NCBI RefSeq assembly: GCF_000143415.4
Contig: NW_003314311.1
Span: 664,181 to 728,180, forward strand
Direction of reading: 5' to 3'
DNA: 64,000 bases
DNA from: Selaginella moellendorffii
Taxonomy: Eukaryota; Plantae; Lycopodiophyta
A program made the translations under genes and the position numbers. This document shows positions 49,205 through 62,728 of this stretch, in pieces (the stretch's first letter is position 1; every line of letters begins with the position of its first letter). The notes below the pieces were generated by a model. The model did no database searches and was not told where the DNA came from. It saw only the letters and a list, made by a program, of their open reading frames with translations.

Positions 49205-52200
49205 TCAGGCATCGCTGCTGTGTGAAGTGCTTTTCAGAGGTGATCTAGCGGATTGCTCCGGCTGCCATGACAAAAGAACGTTAGTATAGAGCGAGAGGAA
49301 GAACATCTTTCGCACCTCTGACTGGCCGGGACTAGTGTCTCTCAAGCGGTTCATGATCCGAGCTTGCAACCTTTGGATCTCGGCATGGAGCCCGTTCACT
49401 GCTCGAGGATCTTCGTCGACGATTACTCTCGGCGCTTGCTCCTGCCTCTCCAAGTCCGATGACTCCGTCGTTACGTATTGCGGAGTTTCCTGTCCGGCTG
49501 CTGTGGCCGGCCTGGGTGCCGTCGACACGAGCGCGAAAGAAGTGTCCCAGTCTGCCCGAGTTGAGAAGGATTCCGGCCTGTCATCGTCTCCATTGTCGTG
49601 AGAGCCGAGACCATCTTCGCTGGAGCTGCTACTGGCGGATGATAACACCTCGTCGCCACCTCTTGACGCGTCGGATGTGTTTTGCTGGGCTCTGTCCGCT
49701 TGCTTTGAGCTGCGGGAGCTTGGGGTCTCGTCCTGGCTGTCCATCTTGGTGATGAATGCGAAGGGAGTGACGGCCGCTGCTTGGATGGCGTGCTCCGTGT
49801 AAATCGTTTCTTCCAGTCCTCCCCGCTGCCGTTGCTGCTGCTGCTGCACGATAGACTTCGAAAGTTTCGTTGGTTCTTGGTGCTGGAAGCTGCTTCTAAA
49901 GCTCATATCTACATGGTGAGTCCTGGGCGACGAGAGCGAACTGAGTCCGGATATAAAAGTTCTTGCAATGTGAGACTCCCTGTCTGCAATGCACAAAAAC
50001 CAGTTTTTCAAATTAGAAATGGTCCCAAAGCACAAGCAGTACTCACCAGACTTGAGCTTTATCTCATACTCTAGCTTTCGCACTAGGCACTCTCGATTGC
50101 TCAAAGCCACTTTCATCTCTTGCAGATCGGTCTGGGCCTCTTGGGACTGGAGAACATTAAAGAACAGTATTAACGGAGGAAGAAAACAATGTTGGCTTAT
50201 ACCTCGGCCTGTTTCTGTGCCAAAAGATTTTCCAGCTCATGTATCCGCGAGTCACGAGCCTCGACAGTTTCACAAAACTTGGAGTGAACGACGTCAAGTT
50301 TCTTCTGAACCTCCCCAAGTTCTAGTTCTTTCCTCTGGATAAAATAAATGTACTCGCACGCAAAATTAGAATGCACCAGGCAGGCCAACTTACCCTGCAA
50401 GTCCCTTCGAGTGTCGCATATTGTGTCTCTCTGTCCTCGAGCAACTTTCGCAGGGAGGCAGCGATTTTAAAAGCACTTGAAAGCTTCTCGTGGGACTCAT
50501 CGGATGCTCCCTCAAGCTTCTCGGCTGTTTCTTTCAGAGCCTGTAGAATTAAATTGAAACTTCTGTGTATGCAAAAGAAGTAGCTGCCAGACCTTCTCAT
50601 ATGCATTGAGCTGCAAGGTTTTGTCCGACAGCTGCCTCTGAAGATCCTTCAGAGCCCGTTGGAGCTTCTGCGTGGCCATTGTGTGATGAACCTCTCCTTC
50701 GGTGTCTTCAATGTTTTTCTTTTGCAGCTTTCTCTGGACGAGCAAGTCAGTGTCAAGTGATCGAAAAAGCAGGAATGTTGAAAACCTGAAGTTTGAAAAG
50801 TTCCAGTTGAAGCTCTTGGACGTGCGCCCGCTGCAAGTCCAGTTCTCCCTGCATTGAGCTCTCAATCAATGCGCCATCTTCGAGAGCGCGGTGCAAATCT
50901 TCTTCTTGCTTCTCTTTTTCATTGATCGTCAGCTTCAGCATGGCAATCTCAGAGGATAAACTGTGAAGACGATCGATGAGCTGAAGATTTTCAACGTCTA
51001 TCACATTCGTTTGTTCTTTCTGGTCTTCAAATTGTGCCTGAAAGTAAGAGCACCATTACACAAAAGTCCACCATGCAATACAGAATGCCATACCTTGGAA
51101 TCTAAAAGATCATTTTGAAGCTTCAGATTTGACACTAGAACATGTCCGAAAGCCGCATGCAGCCACGCCTTTAAAGAGGACCGTATTTTCGCATGCATTC
51201 GTTGAGCAGCCAGTCGATATGCCAGTCGCAATGCAAGTTTTCTGGCTACAGTTTCCTCCCACCAGAACAAGAACAAAGACCGTGCAACCTGTAAAGAAAA
51301 CAAAAAATGATCGGAAAAATTGAGCGATCGGCTTGAACCTTTAAAACGAACCTTTCTGTCCCTCCTGCTACAGTTGATCAACGCTTTTAGCTCCTTACGC
51401 TTCCTGACAAAAAAACATTTTTCTTTCATGAGTTGCATCAAATAGCTTAGCCTACAACTTACTTCCTTACTTTATAGCGTGCGCAGCATGATAGTCTTGC
51501 CATAGAGACAGCGATGCTTTGCATAGAGCATAGTTCATTTGATGGATGGCCCTTTCTTCCGCTCGTTGAAACTTGACGTTCTTCCTCCAAGTTGACACGC
51601 CCTGCAAGCAACCGCTCTCAGCTCAATTTCAGAAATGGTTCAGACCATACCTTCGACTTCAAGACGTGAAGGTAGTGCCTGAAGGCCATTGTTTTTGAAA
51701 GCTTTTCGTTTCTTTTCAAGTGTATGAACCCTTTCCAGGTATGAATTATCGTTTGGTACTGATGAAGTTTGTAGAATGCCAAGCCCCTCGAATTCAACTT
51801 CCGCCCTCTCTTGTTTGAAATAGTAGCACTCTTCCATCTGACACATCAGTGTGAGTTATGTTCTTGCTAATTAACCAATACTTACCGGTTGAGAGCTCGT
51901 ATCTGAAGCCAACGTCGCCGCTGCGTATCTCCCTGAGATAACCTCAGTCTTTTGCACCGTCTAGCTCGTACCAAGGACTGCCATCCACATATGACTTGCT
52001 TGCATGTGAGCCGGTGTAAGCGACACTGTAACCCCTTGAGTCTTAAATGTTTCGGTCGAGCCCAGTATAAAACCCACTGAAGCCAGTAAGTGAGAACCCG
52101 GCGGCGGATGGTGTCAGACCAATGCCTACACGCCGCATTGGTAAGAGACTTCTCTTCCACGTCGCTAAGCTTCCCCATTTGCACCGCTTTCCTCCACTTG

Positions 52201-53526
52201 AACATCATCCTGCATTTGCAGGTACGGTTTTTGTGCTCCAGGGTCCCAAAATACTTTCTTTTGGCTAAAGTTGACAGACGCCATGCTCTCCAACAGTCTT
52301 GTAAACATGCCTGTTAAAAGAGCACACCGTTAACAAAGGAGAACCAGAAGATTACAGAAAGCTAAGCTTGTACCTGACCTCGGCGCTTCTCGGAATTTCG
52401 TATTTTAGCTGCCCTCCTCGTGGCCAGCCGAAGAGCTCGCATTCCTCTTTTGGAGCAGCTACACTTGGCAAAGACTGTAGCAGCGTCTTCGTTGGCCATT
52501 AAAGCAGATTTCTCCTTGATACATTGTTGAAACCATCGAAACCACCTCCGAAGTTGCACCTTTTTTCCTTTGTTTTCAACTAACGTGTCACGATGTTCCT
52601 GAAACAAACAAATAAGTTCACGGACTTCCTCAATTTCATGCTTTTGCAGCACCTTCGCAATAAACCTGTCAAGTTCGTTCTTGTATTCTTCTGCCTGTCG
52701 CTTCACAGATTCGGAATCATTAGAATAGTTTCGCAGCTGCTCTTCAAGCTTCTGCTTTGCTACTGAAGCTTCTTCGAGCTCTGCCTGGAATCCGAGACAA
52801 TGGTAGGTATTAAACGAATAGAAGAACAACCACCTGAAGAGCTTTAGACCGGTTATGCAAGTCCTGCCTCGAAGCAATGTCTTCGACTAGAGTATCAATA
52901 CGAGTTTGTAAAGACGAACGCTCGCTCTGGAATTCTTGGGAACGTTTTTGAAGAGCTTCCTCGAGCTCCTTTTTCTCCTTCTCCAGTAACGAGGCTCTGT
53001 GATAAAAGCTTCGTGACCACCATATCTTTTCAATCACCACAAGCCCACCTCTGAGCCAGTCTCCTCTGCAGCTCCAACGTCTGCTCCATATCTTCATGAA
53101 GTGTGTTCAGCTCACTCTCCGCGCGCTCCACATTCTCGTGGTTTTGCTTCATGTAGAGCTCCAACCTGCCTTTGGATCCACAAAGGATGTCAGCTAGCTA
53201 AGGAAGAATCCAGACTCATTCTACTTACATTTTCGTGAGAGAATAGTCAGCGATGGGGCCAAGTTTCACCTTTCTCGCAGCTGCTGATTGATGGTCTGGA
53301 GCCGCGCCTCGCCATCGATGTGCGCCTCGAGATCCATCTGGAGCGCCGAAACTTGCCGCCGGAGCGTGGCGGCATCGGAAGCTGGGGGCGCCATGACGCC
53401 CTCGGCGCGCAATCGCGGCCCTACCTTAAAGTGGCTGCTCGCCTTGAGGCTCGGCTCCGGCGCCAGCAATCCCTCCATGACTCCTCCTACGCCGCTGCCA
53501 GCGCCAGATCCTCCTCCGCCCAGCAT
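49205..53526 (-). CDS. Large multi-exon coiled-coil protein with Sfi1-like Trp repeats (putative centriole/basal-body protein)
   Basis: N- and C-terminal coiled-coil exons. Central basic exons have periodic Trp (LRRWFRW, CWRAWRL, MFKWRKAV, LTYWLQWV, ICGWQSLV, LKAWLHAA). The family call is inference. Confidence 0.65.
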
Positions 53527-54419
53527 TTCCTCCGCCTCGTCGCTGCCTCGCGAATCACACGAAAATATTTCGAGCGCGCGCTCCCCAAACCTAAACTCCT
53601 ATTAACTGTTTCGTTCAACCAAACAAACTGGGAGACACCCAGTTAGTTAACGCTCACAAATTTTTACTGTAGCCTTCGTGGTAAATGTGGGGTGGGTCAA
53701 ACCGATCGAACGATGATGGCGATGATGACGATAAGCCTCCTCCAGGTAGATGTAGCAATTACTTCACGGGCAAATGCGGTCGTTTTCACCGCGAGGAAAA
53801 AAAAATGGAAAAAGAATATCGTGAGCGCCCCCGACGGCCACGATCGCACAACGTCGATCGCACCGTTGGCTCGCTTTGGCGCCGCAATTTTTAGGGCATC
53901 CTTCTTTCGCAGAATGGCGGGGGGCATTTACTCGTAGAAAACGATCCCAGCGCGCCAACAGGGTATCAGCAGATGGTAACTTTTGGGGGAATTAACTAAC
54001 CTCACGCCGACAGAGCCGGCCGTACCGTTCGTACACATCCCCGTGAGCCGGCCGTATGCGTCCTAAACCAGCCGCGCGCGCCATGGCCAAAACCCGCGGT
54101 CGCCCTAAAGTCTTATTTTTGGACCACCCTTCCCGGGCGAGATATTTCGTGTCGGGAAAGCCTCGCGGTGGCGATCCGTGGCCGTCGGATCGGGGGCGTA
54201 GATGGGGCATCGACGGCTGGAGATGGGGCTGGGATTGGACGGCTGTAAAGGACCAGCGGCGCCACTGGATTCCCTCTTCTTGGGATATGGCGGCGCCGCT
54301 TTATCAAAGAGAGAAAGATCGCCCATTCCTATTAAGCGGGCCTCTTTTCTAGCGTCGCGCGCCCTTCTCATATTCTCGCCGCCTTGTCTTGCAAGCTTTA
54401 GATCCGGCCGCGTGATCTT

Positions 54420-54456
54420 CACACACACACACTCTCTCTCTCTCTCTCTCTCTCTC
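54420..54456. repeat. (CA)n(CT)n microsatellite upstream of the GATA gene
   Basis: Directly visible; a GAGA-type element about 300 bp before the ATG. Confidence 0.85.
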
Positions 54457-54737
54457 GATCATCGATCCAGCCGCGCTCACAGTCTTTTTTCTATTTGCTT
54501 CCCTCGATCGAGCGGGCGGGCGGTGGTTCTCCGATCGCCGAGGGTTTGCGCGGCCCTAGCGCGCGGCGACGCTCGATTCCGATGCTGCCGCGCCCCGGCG
54601 GCGCAATTCCTCGCAGGTTAGCGAAATATTTCGCGTGCGCGGGTCTCTTCTTGGCAGGATCATCGTGATCGCGGCGGCGGAGGCGTTGGATCGCGGGGAA
54701 TTCCCCTGTGGATCGCGCGGGGAGAGGATAGATTATA

Positions 54738-56481
54738 ATGCTGCAGGTTCCATGCCTCTCTCCTCCCATCTACGGGCGCAGTCACTATAAGAAGTTTTGG
54801 CTCCGGCAGACCAACGAGAAGGATCCCAGCGGCGCCGCCCTAGCCGAGAGAGTTTCCACCAGTTGCAGTGATCACATGAAGAGCGCCAGCGCTAGCGCCG
54901 CCACGGCGGCGTCCCCGGATCATGGATCGTCCCCCGCGGCCAGCAAGCGCATATGTGGTAAGCGTCGCCCGCAGCTACGCTCGCAGTTCTCCAGCTCCTC
55001 GATCAAGGTTGCCGTTAATCACGACTCGCCGATCTCGGCCTCCCCGACCTCGTCTGGGGAGTGGAAGAGGAGCCCAGCGTCGGCCACTGGAGCTGCCAAG
55101 GCCGGATCCTCTGATGCCGCCAGCAGTCCCTTCTCCTCCGCGGTGGTGGATAGGGAGGTGGAGCTAGAGGAGCTGGAGACGACGCCCAAGAGCCTTGTGA
55201 TCCAGCATCCAGAGGAGGAGGGCGATCGCGATACGAAGTTCGATGGTCTTGTCCCTGGGGTACTGGCAGCCGGCGAGGCTGGAGAGGATCCGGTGGATCA
55301 GGGAGTGGCGGAGGAGGAGGAGGAGGAGGAGATCGAGGGCGGCGGCGACGATCGTAAGGTGCTGGTGGTGAGGCAAAACATGATCAGCTTCGACGATCGC
55401 GATCAGGATCATCACGATCACGAGCAGGAGCGCTCGAGCGAGCAAACGGCGGTGGATTGCTTGACGAGCAAATGCAAGGGGATGGATCAGGAGCAGAGAC
55501 AGGATCCGGACACCATCTCCAACTCCTCCGCCGCGGAGTCGGATTCGACCACGAGTAGCACATCACAGGTAAAGTGAAAAAGGCAAAAAAAAAAAAACAA
55601 AAAAAAAAGGAGAGAGAGAGAGAGAGAAGAATGCTGATACCGTCTTGAGTTCTTCACTTGATCCTTGTCCTCTTGCGTGGTTTTTCATTTTCCTCTCTTT
55701 TTTCCTTTTTTTTTTTTCTGGTTTTGGTATTGACGCTTTCTTTTTTTCTTGGGTGTGCCAGGCGAGTGATGATCACGACGATGCAAGGAGCCATTCCGAG
55801 AAATCGTCGTCCTTTCGGCAGTCTTACATGAAGCGACATCCAAAGGGGTCATCCGAGATCGATCAGCTCCTTCTCGGCTCGCCGAGGACAAGGCTGGCCG
55901 CCGCTGCCACTTCCGGCGCGGTGGACAACCCCGTTTCGCCCAGCGGGAGATCGAGCCGGGGCGACGGGATGGGCTCCGTTGGCGCGCACGGCAACAATAA
56001 TGTCTCCACGAGGACGTGTAAGCACTGTGGAACAATGAAAACGCCGCTGTGGAGGAATGGTCCACTTGGTCCAAAGGTAAGTCTTACACGAAAGTTCTTG
56101 GTTTTCCCGATCAACTCACTCGCTGCTGTCGTTTTTCTTTTCCAGTCTCTTTGCAACGCCTGCGGCATCCGGCTGAGGAAAGCGAGGAGGAACAGCAACA
56201 ATCAGGAAGCTCCGGCCGCGAGCCCGGCTGGGAAGCGGAAGCTGGATCAGTCTAGCTCGGCCCGGATCACGAGCGATCAGCAACACCTCCGGCATCCTTA
56301 CAAGAAGAGCCGGATGGCCTTCGCGAGGGAGAAGCGGCAGATTGGAAGCATGGTGCGCTTGCTTCCTCAAGAACAGCAGCAACAGCTGCTTATCAGCAGC
56401 AGCAACAGATCGGTGCCGAAGGACGAGGAGGAAGGCGCGGTTTTGCTCATGGCTCTCTCCTGCGGTCTGGTTCTAGCCTGA
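54738..56481 (+). CDS. B-class GATA transcription factor with C-terminal LLM domain, 3 exons
   Basis: Introns 55569-55761 and 56077-56144; zinc finger [26 protein letters not shown]; C-terminal EEEGAVLLMALSCG. Confidence 0.92.
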
Positions 56482-57991
56482 CGATCCAGCAAACTTTGAT
56501 TGACGAGCTAGGCGACGAGAAAGAGGAAGGAGGAATTAAAACCGGGAGGGGACCAAGAACATCACACAGCTGAAACGCAGCCAGCCACCACAGCTAGCCA
56601 AAGGTCATCACAGGGAGATTTTATTTTATTTTTCGTTCTTCCTTATTCTTTCTCCGTCCAGGAAGAGGTAGCTTATCACTTTAGCAAGTTTAAAGCCTGT
56701 TTTGTCGAGGCAGAGTTTGCAGAGACCGTGGCTACTTCTATCATCAAAGAGCAAAGGAATGAAAGAAAAAGAGAGTGGCAGATCCAGCGTCGACAATGCA
56801 GTGCTTGAAAAAAAGAAAAGAGAGATCTTTGCGCTCGAGCGGCTGTCCAGCTTTGTTCCAGAGATGCATGAAGAACAAACAAGACGAGGAAGACGAAGGA
56901 AAGCTTTCTTAGTTTCTGAGCTTTAGAGTGGGACACAATGCTAAAATTTTGTTGTGAATACCAACAACAAGAGAGGAGACAGTGAGTGAAGAGGCATCAA
57001 GCCAGGGTTTTAATTATTCCATTGTCATTCATTTCCACTCCAGTCTATGAGTTCTTCACTGCGACCCATGCCCAAGAAAAAAAAAAAAACCAAGAGCTCG
57101 GTCAAAGACGGCGACTTTTAAGCATCGAAGCCCGCGAGATTCGATCCCTGGACGCCCCACGACGCTATAGACAAGGGAATCGAACACCCAACCACTGTCG
57201 CCCGTACGGAAGATCACACGGACGAGCATATGGCGTCCTCCAGGCCACTGGTATCTTATCTTAGCCGCGCGTGTCTCCGTGTGTTTATCGTTCCTGTAAG
57301 TGACAAAGCCAAACGGGGCCCATTTTGTTTTTTTACCTCGCAGCTTTTTTTTTTTGCGCTTTTCTTCGTGTTTCATGGCGACGTCGACAAGCCACCCACA
57401 CTAACTTCTGCGCGCGTCGCAGTTCTTACGAGATTTTTTCCGCTTTTCATTTTTTCTGGAAACGAGCAGCGAGAGAGAGCGCAATGCGATTTATTTCCTG
57501 TGGTGTAAAGGCGGACCACATACCTCTAGCGCTCGCCATTCACACATAATGCCCCGACTAGGAGAAGATAAGAGAGTGACTTCGCAATATGCGGACACAC
57601 ACAAAAACGGACGTCAGTAGCAGCACATATACGCGAGCGCAGCGATGCTAACAGCAATCAGCAGTAGCAGCAGCTGGCCCTGAAGAAACACAGTCGAAAC
57701 TGCCAAAAGACATTACTGGTTACCGTGTGACTCCTCAACGCAAATGTGTGAAGCGAAGCCCGGCCTGAGCCGAGCCAAAACTCTGGAACAATGGAAAGCA
57801 AAGCAAAGAAGAGAGAAGAAGAGAAAAACAACAAACCAGCTCTCTCTCAAGGTGTTACCACTTTATTCGAATTGCCAGAAGCGCGGCCAGCAGAGGGAGA
57901 GGATATATCACTCTCGAGGAGGGAGAACGAGGCACAAGCCACGAGAGACTGGTGATCTCTCATTCTCCCCCTCTCTCTTTCGCTCTCTCTT

Positions 57992-59134
57992 TCAGGGAGT
58001 TAGACCCACAACACCTGCGTTTTAAAAGCGATTAGCTCTGATTGATGCGAAGTAAATGGTTACCGCAAGCGAGTCGACCTCCTGCGTTACCAGTTGTCGG
58101 ACTGAGTTCGTGTCCACCTGGAGCAAGCGTCCAACAAAACGACACCGAGTTACGTCAGGGTATGGCACTTAACATGAAGATTCAGGAGGATTCGCACCTT
58201 TCCCGAGGTCATCCTCCAGCTCGTGAATCACTAGAGCTCTTCCAATGACCGAGTTTACACCCGAAAGCGGGATCTGCAGCAACAAGGAAAAGAGTCCAAA
58301 GGTTAGAAGAAACTTTAGTTCTCGTACCTGGGAATCGACGATAACTTCGTCCACATTGCCTGTACTCAAAAGCGTTTGCAGTTTGCAGAAGAAAAGAGAG
58401 AAGAAAAGACGTCGAACCTTTGTCATCCGCTACAACGTTTCCGAGATCTCCAGCATGCCTGACCGAGTCATTCGGTCCACCGTGCGTCTTGTTCTCGGGA
58501 TTGAAATGCGCGCCTGCATTTAAAACCACCAGAATGGGATTGATTGTAAGCTAACAAGGATCAAGAAAAGCAAAAAAAAAAAAAACAAAAAAACTGAGGG
58601 ACTCACCCGTAGATAGGCAGCCATTAGTCGTGTCCCCGAATTCATGCTGTAAGTTTTGTTATCAAAAAGCCAAGAACTTTTTTTCCATGCATACCAAGTG
58701 AAACCCATGCTTGCCAGGAGTTAGCCCAGAAATTTTCACCTTCACAGTCGTTGGGCCTGCATGGAGCAAAGAAAACAAGAATCAACGTAAAGAAGATCGA
58801 AGAAACACAACTGTAAGCTACATTTCTTCCAAATTGCTCGCCAATCTCTACTTGCAAAAGCCTAAAAGAAAGAAGAAACGTTACCGTCTCCATCCTGTTC
58901 CAAATTCACGACTCCATCCACGGAGCCCTTGAGCACAGCCACGGCCTTCTTCAGCTCCGCCGTGATTCCAATTCCCCTCGCCGCCCGAATGCAATGCAAC
59001 TGCCTCCTCCCGGGCGCAATCCGCGCCCCGGCGAACGCCGAGCGCCCGAGCCGAGCAGCAGCGGCAGCACGCTCCCCTCCATAAACCCTAAACCTAGCTA
59101 GAGGCGCCTCTACGCAAATGCCGCCAATTGCCAT
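57992..59134 (-). CDS. CSD2: Plastid Cu/Zn superoxide dismutase, 8 exons
   Basis: Transit peptide then [66 protein letters not shown] and [16 protein letters not shown]. Confidence 0.96.
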
Positions 59135-59642
59135 GACACGAGATTGGAAATCCCCTCCCGTCCTTTCTCCCCCTCCTAGCCGCAACACAATGCTCTACCA
59201 AATATGTATTTACTATTTATCTCTTGTGGTATAACTATTGTCCAAATGCGATTTTGTAGAACACTATAGTGCTATCTCAAAATCTCACAAACAGTACAAC
59301 ATTTATACTTTATAAGTTGTGATTTTTTTATGGACATTTATAAGTTATTAATGGGCTTCAAACACTAAAAACTATTTCTTCTTCCTCGCGCAAAATACCA
59401 CTAAAACCAAAACAGGGATGCACACAAGCAAGATCCCTCAGAAATATGCAACATGCACACCCAAATTCCCCCACAAATTTCTAATAGAATCGCCCCCAGG
59501 ATGCACATAAATACCCCCAGGCCAAAATAATAGAGATTTTCGCATTCACATGAAATTTGGAAAGAACACATTGCTTGATATTTCATGTTTTCTGTGTCCC
59601 AACTTTTGATTAGCATTCACAAATCTGTGTTTCTAATCTACA

Positions 59643-61155
59643 TTAATTTCTCTCTTTTCTACTTGGCTCGAGCTCCATCTTTGTAAGGACTAGGAGAACA
59701 CCACCTATGAAGCCATTGCTGCGAGCCTGGCTGAAAAGAAAGAGCCATTTGTCCCCCTCTTACGGACTTTGAGTTGTGGAGCCTCTCTCTTTGTGGCGGG
59801 CTTCTCAGGTTATATTTTGGAAGATCTTCGTCATGTTGGGGTTGGGGTTGATCGAGTGGTACTTTTGATCTTTCCTGGAATGTGAAACAGCATGCCGGAT
59901 ATGAGACAATCTGGAATATCAGAGAAAAAAAGGTTTCTCTTACATTTGATTCTATAGAAGTCCGGGAGAGAGCTTTGCCTGCGCGAGAGAAAAGTAAATA
60001 TGAAAACCATGGTTTATAAGTAGCAGATCATGAAAGCTCACCTCCAGTTTTCGCAGTGTTGAGTTCGTCACGGCGCGAAAGAGACTGGACCTCCTCGCCA
60101 CCTTCATCCTCGAAAAGGCTCTTGGTATCAGACGACCTCGATGCATTGGAGTTCTTTCTCGAAGGCCTGACGGTCCCATTGATGAAACCGAATCGGTCCT
60201 GCAAGCTCTTGGTGCGATCGGAGTTGCTCCTCTCGTTCGCGAAGTTTGAAGGCAAGCTGCAAGTGAAGGACGATCCCGACGCACTCACCGAGTCGAACAA
60301 GGAAATAGTTCGTATCAGCGATGGCGCTTCCTTCTCATTGCTGTCGTCTTCTTCGCTATCGTCTCGAGGCTTTGGCGGCACAGCGACTGGAGTGAGCAAA
60401 GGCAACGATTGTTCCGACCTTTCAGTACTTCTCGTCGATGGTATCCTCAGCGGTGGCAAACCAGACGGCTTCAAAGTTCCCGGCCACTGCTCCCCGGATT
60501 TAAGTGGAGGAAAGGATCGTAGTCCCTGCTGCTGTTGCTGCTGCTGCTGCTGCTGATTACTATCACCATCTATCGAGAAATCCTTCCGAGTTATCCTTGC
60601 AAACCATGCCGACCCGAGAAGCTCGTTGTGCTGCTGTTCCAATCCCTGTTCTTCTACAACCTTTGCGCTCGTAAACTTGGAACTTATCACCTCGTCTTCC
60701 GCGACAGGAACCACTTTCGAGTCGGACGAAACCGAGTTCTTGCCCCGTAATCCTGTGGAATGCTGTCGCGATCCAGAGATCCTTGCCCCTGGAAACACCT
60801 CTGTTTCTTCTCTCTCGGAGTTTCTCATCGTCAACCAGCTCGATGGAGCATCGAACTTAAATCCCGAGACCTCCGGCTGGCAATCCTCTTCTTCGTCGGT
60901 ACACTCCATATTATCGATCCTTTTCTTTACGTAGAGCTCTGGATGATCTTCCGACACGAAAGTCCGTTGGAGAGGGATAATCCTCTGGATCCACGCTGAC
61001 TGCAACGCGGATTGAGAGCCGCCACACCCGGTCCTCGTCGCAATTGGCGAGAGAGCCAGCGCCGACGCCTCTACATTGGGCGATTTCTTCCTCCCCGCTC
61101 TGGACGTCCGTGGGGAGCTCTCCGCGCTTCTGGCCCGGCCAATTCCTGATGACAT
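59643..61155 (-). CDS. Unknown Ser-rich low-complexity protein with a poly-Q tract
   Basis: Long first exon 61155-60042 followed by two phase-compatible exons ending ...EPSRKERN*. No domain recognised. Confidence 0.55.
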
Positions 61156-61622
61156 CCTCCCAGCCCCAGGCAAGCTTTAGCGCCCGGATTTCCTTCAAAT
61201 TCCACTACCTAAACCCTACCTAGGCTCGTGAAAGACGCCATCGCCCTCGGCGATCCGGAAGAACCCTAAAAATCATTTTCTTTCCAATGCCAGTTGTGCT
61301 CTTTGATGAGTGCGCGCAAATCCCAAAGGCTTTCGTGCAGGCAACAATGAGTTCTTTGGAAGATCCTGGCCATCCGATAGAACTCTGCATTTCTGACAAG
61401 TGGTACGATCTAGATCGTCCGATGGTGAGAAAATTTCTAGACTACGCCGCCGCCGCGGAGGTGATTGGATCTTGATCGATCGCACGGGCAGCGCGCTAGT
61501 TCTTCCGCGCGATCCTAGGGAGTGGCCACTGCCAATGCGCGGGAGGGAGATCGAGCGGCGGCAACGGCAGCGCAAGATTTAGGGTTTATGTGGCTCCAAA
61601 TTCCGCGCTTCCCGATCGATCC

Positions 61623-62347
61623 ATGGGCTTCCTCTCCTTCTCCGGCCGCGTTCTCTTCTCCTCGATTTTCATCCTGTCGGCCTGGCAAAAGTAAGATCTC
61701 TCTCTCTCTCTCGCTGTAGAATTTGATCTATAATTCTTCCTTGGAACAGGGTGAACGATTTTGGAGGCGATGGCGGAGGAGCAGCGCGGCTCCTACAGCC
61801 GAAATTCTTCACTTTGAGCCATCATCTCGAGTCTCGACTTGGATGGAACCTCCTCAGCTTTAACGTAAGAATTTCCTTCTAAACCTTCAAGCTTGATCTC
61901 TCACAAAAACCATTTTTTTCTTCCATCTTTGCAGCTGAAGTATGTGGTTTTCGCGTCCATCCTACTGCAAGGCGTGGGAGGGATTCTCTTCACTTTCGGT
62001 AGCGTTTTCGGGGCCTACTTACTCGTAAGTTTCCTTTGGATTCTTTCGCTCGAGTTTGTCATCTCATTGTCTCGGATTCTTTTTGGTTAGCTCCTAGATT
62101 TGTTCATCGAGACACCGATATGGCACGATTTCTACAACTTTGACGTAGGAACACCAGAGTATGCGAACGAGTTTATGCAATTTCTCAAGGTAAGTTTCGT
62201 GAAATTCGCTAGAAATTGTTCGCCATTTTGTGTTTTTTCTCGCAGAGCCTGTCACTGTGTGGAGCTCTCTTGTACTTTGTGGGAATGAAGCGAGCGCATT
62301 CGAAGAGATTTAGAAAAAAGCAGCAGATCAAAGTGAAGACAACATGA
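61623..62347 (+). CDS. HR-like lesion-inducing protein family, 5 exons
   Basis: MGFLSFSGRVLFSSIFILSAWQ, NDFGGDGG, LQGVGGILFTFGSVFGAYLL, TPIWHDFYN, LCGALLYFVGMK and a basic tail. Confidence 0.9.
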
Positions 62348-62728
62348 AATTAAGAAAATCTACTGCATACAAATCTCCTTTTCGATTATTCTTTCCAATT
62401 TTTTTTCGTTTGCTCCCTCAAGGAGCAAAGATAGATCCTCCTCTTCTTTAAAGCTTCAAAAAAGCATCTTATTCTCTTCTCTCAAAGCAATGCTTTTTAG
62501 CTGGTTTCCATTTCCTTTCGAAATTTGCTTGCTTTTCACAAAAGTTCTAGTGAATCTCTTGAGTTTACTCACAATGATCTAGTGAAATCTCTAGGATTTA
62601 CTTGCTTGTTCTTGGAGAAAGCGCAAGCGCGGGATCTATACACAAACAAAAGAAAGACAAAAAGGAAAGAAAAGAAAAACCACAAAACAGAGCTCTGAAG
62701 AACCCTAAATTTCTACACCCCAAGAACC

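Noticed and set aside
57140-57245. HDV-like ribozyme or tRNA gene
   Set aside because: The nested pseudoknot elements and a full cloverleaf could not be built; kept only as a generic structured-RNA candidate.
57766-57783. miR171-like sequence TGAGCCGAGCCAAAACTC
   Set aside because: Several mismatches, no complementary star arm seen, and no GRAS target context.
58436-58458. miR398 target site in the HAGDLGN codons of CSD2
   Set aside because: Too many mismatches to the angiosperm miR398 complement.
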